A DNA stretch of 64,000 nucleotides, taken from the NCBI GenBank assembly GCA_965237675.1, contig OZ250150.1:5376001-5440000 (forward strand), in the 5' to 3' direction. Position numbers and translations under genes: made by a program. The notes beneath the pieces were generated by a model that saw nothing but the letters and a program-made list of their open reading frames with translations, was not told the origin of the DNA and did no database searches. Of the stretch, positions 10,001 through 20,269 are shown piece after piece (positions within the stretch are counted from its first letter, which is position 1; each line of letters starts with the position of its first letter). The stretch is from Candidatus Latescibacterota bacterium (GTDB lineage Bacteria; Latescibacterota; UBA2968; GCA-2709665).

Positions 10001-11284
10001 GTGGCTGAGGAATTCAGACTCCCGGACCTGGGCGAAGGCATCCACCAGGCTGACGTGGTGCGTATCCTGGTCTCGGAAGGCGATTCTATCGACGTCGATC
10101 AGCACGTCATCGAGCTGGAAACCGACAAAGCGCTGGTTGAAGTCCCGTCTTCAATTGCCGGGACGGTCGCTTCGGTCAATGTCAAAAATGGCGACAGCAT
10201 CTCACCCGGCGCCGTACTCATCACCGTCGAAGCAGCCGACGCACGGGAAGCCGGGCAGAAATCACGCGCGTCTGAGGACGGGGTCCTCCCGCCCCAGCCG
10301 GATGCGCCGGAGGAACCGCAGACACCACGTGCTCCGTTGGCCGGGGACACGGCCAAAGAGACGCCCGCGGCCCCGGAAACAGCACACGCCACCGTGCCGG
10401 CCGCGCCCTCCGTCCGAAGATTCGCTCGGGAACTCGGCGTCGACCTGCGCCAGATTCCAGGCAGCGGCGCAGGCGGACGCATTACGCGTGACGACGTGAA
10501 GAGCTACGTCCAGTCCTCCCTGAACGAAGCGACAGCGGCAGGACCTGTTGTCGCGCCGGAACTACCCGACTTCACCCGATGGGGCCGTGTCGAACGACAG
10601 CCGCTGCCCGGAGTCCGCAGGACCATCGCGCAAAACGTCGGCACGTCGTGGGCGCAGGTCCCGCACGTCACGCAGTTCGATCGGGCCGACGTGACGGACC
10701 TGGAGGCTTTCCGGCGGCGGCACAAGGCCGGCACCGAAGCCCGGGGCAGCAAGCTCACGCCCACGCCATTTGTCCTGAAAGCCGTCGTCAGCGCAGTGAA
10801 AGCCTTCCCGCAGTTCAATGCCAGCCTGGATCTGTCCGCCGGACAGCTCATTCTCAAGCACTACTACAACATTGGCGTGGCCGTTGATACCGAGAGGGGC
10901 CTGCTCGTGCCGGTCATCCGCGACGTCGACCGCAAAGACATTTTCGCCCTGGCCGTTCAACTCGAAGAACTCGCCCGGCGCACGCGGGAGGGCAGGGCCG
11001 ACCTCGAAGAGCTCCAGGGCGGCACCTTTACCGTTACCAACCTGGGCAGCATCGGCGGCGCTTCCTTCACACCCATCGTCAACTTCCCCGAAGTCGCCAT
11101 ACTCGGCATGGGGCGGTCCCGACAGGAACCGGTTGTGCACGATGGGCGCATCGAACCACGCCTCATCATGCCAATCTGCCTATCGTACGACCACCGCGTC
11201 GTCGACGGCGCCGACGGCGCGAGATTCACCAGACACGTGGTCGAGTCCCTCGAAGACCCGGAACGCATGCTCCTCGGCGGATAG
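10001..11284 (+). CDS. aceF: Dihydrolipoamide acetyltransferase E2 (one lipoyl domain)
   Basis: Lipoyl ETDKA, E3-binding APSVRRFARELGVDL, catalytic DHRVVDG. Confidence 0.96.
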   Translation: MAEEFRLPDLGEGIHQADVVRILVSEGDSIDVDQHVIELETDKALVEVPSSIAGTVASVNVKNGDSISPGAVLITVEAADAREAGQKSRASEDGVLPPQPDAPEEPQTPRAPLAGDTAKETPAAPETAHATVPAAPSVRRFARELGVDLRQIPGSGAGGRITRDDVKSYVQSSLNEATAAGPVVAPELPDFTRWGRVERQPLPGVRRTIAQNVGTSWAQVPHVTQFDRADVTDLEAFRRRHKAGTEARGSKLTPTPFVLKAVVSAVKAFPQFNASLDLSAGQLILKHYYNIGVAVDTERGLLVPVIRDVDRKDIFALAVQLEELARRTREGRADLEELQGGTFTVTNLGSIGGASFTPIVNFPEVAILGMGRSRQEPVVHDGRIEPRLIMPICLSYDHRVVDGADGARFTRHVVESLEDPERMLLGG

Positions 11285-11405
11285 TGTACATTTGCCGCTA
11301 CTGGTAAGTAGTAAGCCATATCTTTCACCAAACGTTAAGGCGTCGATGACGCCAGAGCAGCGCGGTCGATTTGTTTGAACGGGCACCGAAAGGCTACTGA
11401 AGCCA

Positions 11406-12881
11406 ATGCAACTAAGCCTTGATTTCTTGCGCAAACCTACGCCGGTTACCCCCGATAAAGCAAGTAGCCCGGTAGGCTACAAGGGACTGTACGGTTTTCA
11501 CAAATACTGGGGAAAGAAACCATACGAACCTCTAGCATTCGTAATAGAAGAATTGACCGACGAAGGCGACATTGTATTTGACCCCTTCGTTGGTTCCGGG
11601 ACTTCTGCCCGAGAATCCCTCATACGCAATCGCCGATTCATAGGCTTTGATGTCAACCCCGTGGCTGTAGAGTTGACCAAACTCTTGGCATCTCCACCTG
11701 ACTATTTAAGCATCCTGAAAGCCTTTCGTTTCATGGAAGGGGCCGTAAAAGAGCGAATTAATGATTCCTATCATCTAAATGATGGCCGAATTGCAACACA
11801 CTATCTTTGGGAAAACGACAAACTCATTCGGGTCTGGTTAAAAGGCGTTCGTGGACGTGGCCGTGAAGAATTAGTGCCGACGGTCCAAGATATCGACCTC
11901 GTTCGAGAATATGCATCCTACCGTTCAGAGTACATCCGAGAGCTTCGTTTTTTTTCTAACGGCAGAATCAACGCGCACGCAAATCTCTCGATTTCGGACT
12001 TCATGACTGGACGAGCGCAACGAAACTTAGATCTACTACTTGCCTCTCTCGGGGGACTCTCCCCGAATGTCCAGATGCCGATGAGATTGTGTCTTACAGC
12101 AGCTTCTGGCCAGATGACCAAGATGGTTTTTGCCGTCACTAATCGCGGCAAGACGACCGGAATGAACTCACCAAGAGTGGAGGTCGGCAGTTGGGTGATC
12201 GGTTACTGGCGTCCGAAACTTCATTTTGAGGTGAACGTCTGGAATTGTTTCGAACGACGGGTGTCAAGACTCTTAAATGCAGTCAAGGAAGGTGATCCCC
12301 TCCAAGGTACCGAAATATCTGAATCTCTTAGACAGTTCTATGCAGATGGTACACGGTGTTGCATTGAGTGTGCGCCGAGTCAGAAGGTCACTAGGCATGT
12401 TCGAAAAAAGTCAGTAAAACTGATATTGACCGATCCCCCTCATAGTGACCGTGTCCCCTATCTGGAACTTAGTGAATTTTGGAATAGCATCCTAGGCGTT
12501 GAGTCTCATTTTGGTTCAGAAATTGTGATTTCTAACGCAAAGGAACGAGCGAAAACACCAGACGTATATAACCAAACAATGAGTGAATTCTTTGGCACAT
12601 TGTCCGATCTCATGCGGGACGACGGGTTTCTTGTTTTATTATACAACGCACGCCAGGCGTCACGCTGGAGGTTTATTTCTCAACTTATCGACATGCCAGG
12701 AGGAGTTAGGTTTTTCGGGCAGTTTCCGTGTGTTTACTCAGCCGGTTCAGTGGTCCAAGACACCAGGAAGGGTAGCCTGAAAAACGACATAGCTTTGGTA
12801 TTTGGAAAACCAAACGTCGATTCCAGTAGACTTTGTCAACTCGTTAACATTCCAAACTGGTCGAAGGATCCACCGATCTGA
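11406..12881 (+). CDS. Amino-type (m6A/m4C) DNA methyltransferase
   Basis: HKYWGKKP, SAM-binding FDPFVGSGT near the N-terminus, catalytic-like TDPPH near the C-terminus; visibly lower GC than flanks. Confidence 0.85.
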   Translation: MQLSLDFLRKPTPVTPDKASSPVGYKGLYGFHKYWGKKPYEPLAFVIEELTDEGDIVFDPFVGSGTSARESLIRNRRFIGFDVNPVAVELTKLLASPPDYLSILKAFRFMEGAVKERINDSYHLNDGRIATHYLWENDKLIRVWLKGVRGRGREELVPTVQDIDLVREYASYRSEYIRELRFFSNGRINAHANLSISDFMTGRAQRNLDLLLASLGGLSPNVQMPMRLCLTAASGQMTKMVFAVTNRGKTTGMNSPRVEVGSWVIGYWRPKLHFEVNVWNCFERRVSRLLNAVKEGDPLQGTEISESLRQFYADGTRCCIECAPSQKVTRHVRKKSVKLILTDPPHSDRVPYLELSEFWNSILGVESHFGSEIVISNAKERAKTPDVYNQTMSEFFGTLSDLMRDDGFLVLLYNARQASRWRFISQLIDMPGGVRFFGQFPCVYSAGSVVQDTRKGSLKNDIALVFGKPNVDSSRLCQLVNIPNWSKDPPI

Positions 12882-12890
12882 TAAGGGCTT

Positions 12891-13997
12891 ATGATGGACT
12901 TCGATATTGCGATGGAATTGTTCAGGGGTGACCGCATCCGAGAGCTTGCAGAATCTGCTGACGGTCTGCGATTTCTCAAGCTGCGTTCTCTATCGCGGCG
13001 AGAACATCTGGTAGAATTGTTCGAGGTGGCATTAATTACACCACAAGCAAGTTCAACCCGAGACATGTTTAGAGAGGCCTTTGAGTCGATCGCGGTGGAT
13101 GAGCAGATGATCAATCAGACGATTTCTCAGATCTACACATCGGAACGAAAAGAACGCCGAGCGAAAGAACCGGAACTCGTGAATCAGCTGTATCGTTTGG
13201 ATGTTTTCGATTGGGGTGGACTTCATCAAAACAGCTTAGAACGTACGATCGTTGATAACTATGTGAAGAAAATTTGCGACTACGATCAACTGTCTTACCG
13301 CATTGAGCACGAATTGCATCACAGTATGCGAGGCTATGTCTTGTGTTCGTGGTACAACCATTGGACGTCGATTCTCATCGAAGATATTTTTCGTGATCAT
13401 GCTGCCGTCTTGCCAGCCGTAGGACTAATTAAGAAGATCGACTTCTTTCTAAATGGCGTGCCATTCGATTTGAAGGTTACATATTTTCCGGAGGGTTTCA
13501 TCAAAGATTGCCGTCGTGAAAAAAACCGTCGACCAGAACTGACACTTCTTAAACAATGGGCTCGTAGAAACGGGGTACCGTTCAGTACTGATCTTCCCGA
13601 TGGTCGATTGCTTTCAGACTTGTGGTACAAAGCCAGTGACGATCCCTCGCATGATGGACGGCAGGTCCTAGCTGAGTTAATTGCCTTTCGGCACATGCTT
13701 TTACAGGAGATGCAAGCCGACCCATCCAGCCTAATTAGGTGGCTATATGAAAATCAAGGTGTGCGTCGTTTCGATGCATCCAATCGCTTGTTCTTAATTC
13801 TGGTTGATTCAACGGATTTTTTTGACTCTTGGAAATTAAAGCGCGCAAAACCGCTTCTGGATTCGGAGATAACCCGATTCCTCGACAACCGCTCAACAAC
13901 CCCAGGAAGAACACTGGAGTTCACTTGGCAGGGATCTACTTATTCTACAGTCTCCAACGCCTTGATCATTACTAAACCACACGGCCTGCGCATGTAG
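12891..13997 (+). CDS. Putative type II restriction endonuclease (PD-(D/E)xK)
   Basis: 9 nt downstream of the MTase; IEDIF...IDFFLNGVPFDLKVT fits E...D-x(n)-DxK; same low-GC character. Confidence 0.7.
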   Translation: MMDFDIAMELFRGDRIRELAESADGLRFLKLRSLSRREHLVELFEVALITPQASSTRDMFREAFESIAVDEQMINQTISQIYTSERKERRAKEPELVNQLYRLDVFDWGGLHQNSLERTIVDNYVKKICDYDQLSYRIEHELHHSMRGYVLCSWYNHWTSILIEDIFRDHAAVLPAVGLIKKIDFFLNGVPFDLKVTYFPEGFIKDCRREKNRRPELTLLKQWARRNGVPFSTDLPDGRLLSDLWYKASDDPSHDGRQVLAELIAFRHMLLQEMQADPSSLIRWLYENQGVRRFDASNRLFLILVDSTDFFDSWKLKRAKPLLDSEITRFLDNRSTTPGRTLEFTWQGSTYSTVSNALIITKPHGLRM

Positions 13998-14230
13998 TTC
14001 TTAATTCGAAGACCTGCCCTATAACTTGATCTTCCTGCGGTACATAGTGCCACATTATACTTTGTCGAAAATAGTTCTGTTAGGGAGAGATTTTTTCCAA
14101 ACTCTATCAAACAACCAGTTACCACTCTGTCGCCTGAAGCAGTTGAATGACGTGCGACATTTATGTATCCGCTGTTGGTTGATGGTTTCTGCTCCGCGCT
14201 AAAATGCAATCGTCGCCGTCTGGAAATTCC

Positions 14231-15649
14231 ATGCCGGAAAACTCCCACAAGACCGACATCCTCGTTATCGGCGGGGGTCCGGGCGGCTACGCCGCCGCCT
14301 TCAGATCCGCCGACCTCGGCATCCCCGTCACCCTGTTAGAAGCCGACGACCGCCTCGGGGGCACATGCCTGCTCCGGGGTTGCATCCCCTCGAAGGCCCT
14401 GCTTCACGTCGCAAGCCTGATTTCGGAATCCCGTGAAGCGGCGGCGTGTGGATTGACGTTCTCCGAACCCGAAATCGATCTCGAGAAAATGCGGAAATGG
14501 AAAGACGGAATTCTCGAGAAGCTCTCACGCGGCCTCGACGCACTTTGCAGTCGCCGTCGAGTCACGCGGATCCACGGCCGCGCCGTCTTCGAAGCTTCCG
14601 ATCGGGTTCGTATCTCGGGGGGTGACGACGTCGCTCAAATCGACTTCGTCCATGCCATCGTCGCCACGGGGTCACGGCCCGCAGTGCCCCCGGTTTTCGA
14701 CATCGACAGCCCGAAGATCCTGGATTCGAATAAGGCGCTTGAACTGGAGAACATCCCCAATCGTCTGCTGGCCGTAGGCGGGGGCATCATCGGATTGGAA
14801 CTGAGCACCGTCTACGCCCAACTCGGAAGCCGGGTGACCCTCGTCGAGATCACCGCCGGCCTCTTGCCCGGTGTGGACCGAGACCTGGTCAAACCGCTGC
14901 AAAAACGCCTGGAAGGCATTTTCGACGACATCCACCTGAACACCGCGGTCACCGCCCTGGAGGAACACCGCGATGGGGTGTCCGCCAGTTTCGAGGGCGA
15001 GGCGCAGGCCGGTTCACAGACCTTCGACAACATCCTGCTCTCGGCGGGCCGTCTTCCCAACACCGAAAACCTGGGCCTGGAAAACACGCGGGCAGGGCTC
15101 TCGGATTCCGGCTTCATCGTCGTCGACGGCCACATGCGCACGGCCGACAGCCGCATTTATGCCGTTGGCGATGTCGTCGATGGCCCCGGGCTCGCGCACA
15201 AAGCCGCCCACCAGGGGAAAGTTGCAGCGGAAGTCATCGCCGGGCAACCCGCGGCCTTCGACAGCATCGTCCCTTCCGTTGTCTACACGGATCCTGAAAT
15301 TGCCTGGTGCGGCCTCACCGAAACACAGGCGCGGGAGCAGGATCGCCCCGTCAAAATCTCCCGCTATCCCTGGGCCGCCTCGGGCCGCGCGGCAACCCTG
15401 GGACGTACCGAGGGTCTCACCAAACTGATTTTCGACCCTGAAACCCACCGAATCCTCGGGGCGGGGATCGTGGGCCCCAACGCCGGCGAACTCATCGCCG
15501 AAGCCGTCCTCGGCGTCGAAATGGCCGCTGTCGCCGAAGACCTGGCGCACACGATCCACCCTCACCCTTCACTCTCCGAATCCCTTGGCATCGCCGCTGA
15601 AGTCCACATGGGTACCGCGACCGACCTCTACATCCCTAAAAAGCGATAG
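14231..15649 (+). CDS. lpdA: Dihydrolipoyl dehydrogenase E3
   Basis: GGGPGGY FAD motif, GGTCLLRGCIPSK redox disulfide, HPHPSLSE. Confidence 0.97.
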   Translation: MPENSHKTDILVIGGGPGGYAAAFRSADLGIPVTLLEADDRLGGTCLLRGCIPSKALLHVASLISESREAAACGLTFSEPEIDLEKMRKWKDGILEKLSRGLDALCSRRRVTRIHGRAVFEASDRVRISGGDDVAQIDFVHAIVATGSRPAVPPVFDIDSPKILDSNKALELENIPNRLLAVGGGIIGLELSTVYAQLGSRVTLVEITAGLLPGVDRDLVKPLQKRLEGIFDDIHLNTAVTALEEHRDGVSASFEGEAQAGSQTFDNILLSAGRLPNTENLGLENTRAGLSDSGFIVVDGHMRTADSRIYAVGDVVDGPGLAHKAAHQGKVAAEVIAGQPAAFDSIVPSVVYTDPEIAWCGLTETQAREQDRPVKISRYPWAASGRAATLGRTEGLTKLIFDPETHRILGAGIVGPNAGELIAEAVLGVEMAAVAEDLAHTIHPHPSLSESLGIAAEVHMGTATDLYIPKKR

Positions 15650-15758
15650 CGTTTCTGCGGGAGGCTCCTGTCACCCTGGACGATATTGCGGGCGAACCCC
15701 GGGCGATCCAAATTCAGTTTCGATGCTCCGTAAAGTTGCCAACTTTCCGGACGTGACA

Positions 15759-18700
15759 TCACTTCATCAGCACCATTTTCGTTACAGCCGTGAATTTACC
15801 CCCACGCACCACCAGACGGCAGCAGTAGACACCGCTGGACACCGCCCGCCCCGCGGCATCCCTCCCATCCCAGGTGACCTGGTAATATCCGCCCTGCCGG
15901 TTTCCCTCAGCCAGCACGCGGACCCGTTGTCCGAGCAGATTGTATACGATCAGCGAGATTTCGCCCGCCTCAGGTAGCTGGTAAGTGATCTGGCACTCGG
16001 CGTTGAACGGGTTCGGGAAATTCTGATGCAGGGCGTATTCCGAGGGTTCGGCCGGCGCTTTTCGCATGAAACGACCGCCGATCTTAAATCCCGTCACATC
16101 GCCCCGGTCGGTTCCTACCACCACGCCGTCTCCCAATCTCAGAATATGGGTGGGCTTCCCCGACGCCTTTCCCATGCCCCGGACCTCCCCGGTTCCGTCC
16201 AGTACGACGATGCTGCCGTCTTCACAGCCCGTCACGACCCAGGACGCGTCATAGGCGCGGAGGAACGCCAGCACGGTGGGCGGGCTGGGAAGCCTGCGGG
16301 ACCACACCCGATTGCACCGCGCATCCAGCGCAACCACGAGTCCTTTCGACGTCGCGGCAAGTATCTCCTTCCTCCCGTCTCCGTCCAGATCGCCGATATC
16401 CAGGTCGCGCATATTCTGTGCAGGTATCGGATTCCCGGGACCGAAGTTCGCGCTATAGAGCGCGGCGCCGTTTTCATTCCACACGGTCACCCGGTTCCAC
16501 GTGCCGTTGATCTCGCTGACCACCTCTCTCGTCCGGTCTCCGTCCAAATCTTCGTAAAAGATGTGTTTCCGGCTCATTGAGGCCCATCCGCCAATATAGG
16601 TGTGGCCCGCCGGTACCCCGGCAAACCGGCCGCGGGTCACATCAGACGTCCGACTATTCACCAGCGAAAGCGCATGCGAATCCGTGGGCTGACGTGCGAT
16701 CAGGAGATCGACACCGCCCCTGGGGCTCTCGATCAGGGCGAACCCGGTTCCGGGTCCCCAGAACACCGGCAGCCGTTCCACGAGCTCTCCATTGCTATTC
16801 AGGATTTCCAGCGTACACGCGCTTCCCACGAATGCCTGGCTCTGTCCGTTTCGGAAGATCCCCGTAGACAGTCCGTGGATTCCCTCGTGACCCGGCGCGG
16901 TTTTGAACCAGTAGGTCTTCCCCGCCTGATAGACCGCCGGGTGCATTTCGGACACAAACGTCCAGCGGCGTTTACCCTCCAGGTCGAACGCGATAACCTG
17001 TTCGTCCTTGCACCCGACCAGCAGCAGCTGGAACGCATCCCACCAGCGCAGCACCCGGACCGGTCCGTCCGTACCGAAAAACCGACCCTCCCGGCCATCC
17101 GAAGTCAGCAGATGAACTCCCCTGGCCTCGCCGACACCGATCCAGGCCTTGCCTTCGGCCTCGAAGGAGATCAAGTCCGTCGCCGCGCCGCCGATCCGTG
17201 TCCTGAAAGAGATAGGGATGGGCGGGCTATCCAGAACTGCTGGACCGCCATGACGTTCCGCATCCCGCCGGCGCGCCTCACGGGCCTGCAACAGCAGCCC
17301 CCTTAGCCGGTTGACCGTTACGGAGAGCACATTCGGATCCGGAGTCGCGCCGGTTAATTCATATCGACCCTTCGACACATGGAACACGGCGCCGCTGTCG
17401 GAAACGACATGTTGCGACAACGGAACGCCATCTATCCGGACATCCGACGGTTCAGCGAACGCTGCCCGGATGCGTGTATCGTCTCTTGTTTTGAGCACGG
17501 CGGATCCCGTGGGAAAATCCCAGTCCAGATCAACCGGTGCATCCGATGTGAAGAGAACCGCCTCCAATCCTGCGGTTTTCAGATCTTTCCCAAAGAGGTG
17601 GTCGCTGGCCAGCAGAACGACGTCTCCCTGAATCCCGGCGTACTCTCCGCCGACGGCAATGGCCGGTTCGGGAAGGCCGAGTACCGCCGCCTGGGTTCCG
17701 AGCCGGATGCAGGCGACCGGCGCTTCAACCGTGCCCTTGCCGGCAATCAGCGAAAAGAACGCACGCTCCTCACCCGAGGATACAGAGCCCCTCCACACCA
17801 TGGATGCCGTGCCTCTATTAAGCACGATTTCCACGGGGTCGGAGGCACGGATCCCAAGGCGGGTTCCGCCGCTTTCGATGTGCGACTCGCCGCCCGCTGA
17901 AACCCAACGCCATCGCCCCGGTCCCGTCCAATCCGTCCTCACTTCAAGATTCGCGCTATCCACCCGGAATTTCAGTCGATCCATGAACAACGCATACCTG
18001 CCCACGCGTTGCACCAGGGCGCGACGCCAACCGGTGAACGCCGCATCCGGAACCTCGGCGACGGCCACGGCCGTCTGACCGACCACATCCCGATAGCGAA
18101 GCGCCGCATCCATCGGGCTATGGGGCTCCACAAGCCCGTCGGCCCCGGTCAGTACCTGATTCGCGTATCCCTCGAGCACCGTCTCGCCATCCAGGCGGAG
18201 TTCCAGAACCGCAAACGAGTGGTAGGGGTTTCGCGATGCTCCGTTCAATCCGTCAATCAGGATATAATCTCCCGTCGCGTCGGTTGTGGTTCGAAAGCTC
18301 CCGAATTGAAACGAGTCCGACAGAGGCAGCCCACTGGCACGTCGTTTCCACAAGGGCTCCGGCACCGCGTGGACGCTCCATTCGTGCGTAAGGTCGGTCG
18401 GTTGCTCCGGGACAAGGGCGGACTCCGGCCAGAACGATTGGCCCAACCGGAACCCATCCATGTCCAGCCCGGTCCGACGGGCGTACTCCAGGTACCGCCC
18501 ATCTCCCGTGAGATACGCGGCCTTGTGGAGGTACCCGATCGAGGCGTAACGAAGGGCCCAGTCCGGCTCGCGCCCGGATATCAACATCTCCTGCCCTCGC
18601 AGCAGCGTCTCCAGCACGCCGTTCCCGAGCGCCGCCCGATCCCCCGAAATCAGCATATAAGTGAAAATCGGGGCAATGCCGGTACTGTACCAATAAAGAT

Positions 18701-19883
18701 TGTCGGCTTCGCCCATCACCCACGCGTGGTGGTGTAACGGAGAGAATTGCCATTCAGCCGCCCACATACAGTGCTGCCAGAGCGGATGCGGGTAATCCTT
18801 CTGGAAGTACCGACCGAGACAGTAGAGCGCAACGGCCGCCCACTGGTGGTGCCGCGTCCCCACGGCGGAGGGCGGCGTGTCATAGGCGTCCCTGCTCAGA
18901 TCCAGATTTCGTACGATCATGGCCGTCCTGCTCTGCCCGTAGGGATCGTGAGTGAACTGCTTCGCGAAGGCATTGGTCACGCGCACCCGCTGTTCGTCCG
19001 TAAACAACGGGCTTTCCTCGATCAGATCCCAGTACAGGATCATCATGTGCGCGGTATAGTGGTACGGTCCGGTCAGCGGCTCATCCTTGTTCTCGATCCG
19101 CTCTCCGTCGATCGCCGCAATCTGTTCCCTCGCCGCCGCATCGGGAAAGGCCAGGCGCAGAAACTCCCTCGCATGGATCTCCCGCCCGGTCATGTAATAC
19201 ATCGCCATATGCTTGCTGATGCTGTTCCACCCGAAATACCCCACGGACCGGTAACCCGCGGAGGCCTCCCACGTCTCGAATTTCTGCAGGTCTTCCGGTA
19301 TGGAGATCCCCCTGCCGAGCGCGATATCCATCTGCCAGCCGACGGACAGGCCGCCGTCGCGGACGGGGACCCGGGCTAGCGTTCGGACAAACGCATCGGT
19401 CCCCCGACCCACGCCGGCCGCGTCGCTTCCGCCCACCGCAATGACATTGCGTCCGTTCCCGAACGGATTGTGAAGAGACCGAACCACGTAGCCCCCCGGG
19501 CCGGGGTATCTCAGATCCAGCAACGTGTAGTAACGGTCGTAGAGCGCCCCTAAGGTCCGATTCGTGGACCGGTTGCCCAGCACAATCAGATTGCGCGAAA
19601 TCGGCACCGAACCCGCATGGGAATCGTCCCCTGCCACAGGCACCGCGACCCCGGTCCGGGCGAGAATTGCTTCCTGGATGCGCACGGCGTCGGCGTCGTA
19701 GATTCCGCTGGCGGGAACCACGATGGCAGCGGCCGCCCGACCGCGCTCCACCAAATGGGTGGTCAGGTGCAGTTTTTTGAGGCTGCTGTATACGGGTGGG
19801 ATTGACGCGGAGTTCGCGTACAGGGGCGTTGCTGCGGGTGTAAAGAGAAGGAGAAGGGCAAGCGCGCGCGGGAACATTTCCAC
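15759..19883 (-). CDS. Large secreted multidomain protein with beta-propeller/FG-GAP repeats and C-terminal FlgD-Ig/T9SS-type domain
   Basis: 1374 aa; signal peptide; DLDGDRTREV and DLDGDGRKEI repeats; C-terminal YALHQNFPNPFN...IVYNLLGQRVRVL...WDGRD...SSGVY...KMVLMK. Confidence 0.85.
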   Translation of the reverse strand: MEMFPRALALLLLFTPAATPLYANSASIPPVYSSLKKLHLTTHLVERGRAAAAIVVPASGIYDADAVRIQEAILARTGVAVPVAGDDSHAGSVPISRNLIVLGNRSTNRTLGALYDRYYTLLDLRYPGPGGYVVRSLHNPFGNGRNVIAVGGSDAAGVGRGTDAFVRTLARVPVRDGGLSVGWQMDIALGRGISIPEDLQKFETWEASAGYRSVGYFGWNSISKHMAMYYMTGREIHAREFLRLAFPDAAAREQIAAIDGERIENKDEPLTGPYHYTAHMMILYWDLIEESPLFTDEQRVRVTNAFAKQFTHDPYGQSRTAMIVRNLDLSRDAYDTPPSAVGTRHHQWAAVALYCLGRYFQKDYPHPLWQHCMWAAEWQFSPLHHHAWVMGEADNLYWYSTGIAPIFTYMLISGDRAALGNGVLETLLRGQEMLISGREPDWALRYASIGYLHKAAYLTGDGRYLEYARRTGLDMDGFRLGQSFWPESALVPEQPTDLTHEWSVHAVPEPLWKRRASGLPLSDSFQFGSFRTTTDATGDYILIDGLNGASRNPYHSFAVLELRLDGETVLEGYANQVLTGADGLVEPHSPMDAALRYRDVVGQTAVAVAEVPDAAFTGWRRALVQRVGRYALFMDRLKFRVDSANLEVRTDWTGPGRWRWVSAGGESHIESGGTRLGIRASDPVEIVLNRGTASMVWRGSVSSGEERAFFSLIAGKGTVEAPVACIRLGTQAAVLGLPEPAIAVGGEYAGIQGDVVLLASDHLFGKDLKTAGLEAVLFTSDAPVDLDWDFPTGSAVLKTRDDTRIRAAFAEPSDVRIDGVPLSQHVVSDSGAVFHVSKGRYELTGATPDPNVLSVTVNRLRGLLLQAREARRRDAERHGGPAVLDSPPIPISFRTRIGGAATDLISFEAEGKAWIGVGEARGVHLLTSDGREGRFFGTDGPVRVLRWWDAFQLLLVGCKDEQVIAFDLEGKRRWTFVSEMHPAVYQAGKTYWFKTAPGHEGIHGLSTGIFRNGQSQAFVGSACTLEILNSNGELVERLPVFWGPGTGFALIESPRGGVDLLIARQPTDSHALSLVNSRTSDVTRGRFAGVPAGHTYIGGWASMSRKHIFYEDLDGDRTREVVSEINGTWNRVTVWNENGAALYSANFGPGNPIPAQNMRDLDIGDLDGDGRKEILAATSKGLVVALDARCNRVWSRRLPSPPTVLAFLRAYDASWVVTGCEDGSIVVLDGTGEVRGMGKASGKPTHILRLGDGVVVGTDRGDVTGFKIGGRFMRKAPAEPSEYALHQNFPNPFNAECQITYQLPEAGEISLIVYNLLGQRVRVLAEGNRQGGYYQVTWDGRDAAGRAVSSGVYCCRLVVRGGKFTAVTKMVLMK

Positions 19884-20108
19884 GATCCTTTTTCGTGCCC
19901 TGAAACGCCGTCCGGCTCGCGGGCAGTCGATGAGCCGCGAAAACGCAGATATATTGAAATATACCCTGTTTGAGGTCGTATGTGTAGTCGTACCCTTTCA
20001 GCCGTCGTATCGACAGGGCACGCGAGCACCTGTGACGGGTCAATTCATGGACCCCCGACGCCTTGCGTGACCGGCTTCCTTCGGCTATCTTTTGGTCAGG
20101 GTACCATA

Positions 20109-20254
20109 GTGTCCCGTCCCAGAAATATGTTACCATTCATCCCTGTCTGCGTGCGTGAGGCAGCACGCACAGGCAGGCGCCGATTCATCCCGTCTCGCTG
20201 CGTTGCCTTCGCTCGGCGGCCGAATTTCGGCAATCTATTTCCGGGACAGAACAC
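20109..20254. mobile_element. MITE-like element copy A with about 19-bp terminal inverted repeats
   Basis: Ends GTGTCCCGTCCCAGAAATA ... TATTTCCGGGACAGAACAC; interior homologous (reverse orientation) to 53135-53333 and 62238-62400. Confidence 0.8.
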
Positions 20255-20269
20255 CAGGAAGGAGGGAAC

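Noticed and set aside
11280-14230. Target-site duplication or att sites around the restriction-modification cassette
   Set aside because: Only weak similarity (atagtgtacatt versus atagtgccacatt); not convincing.
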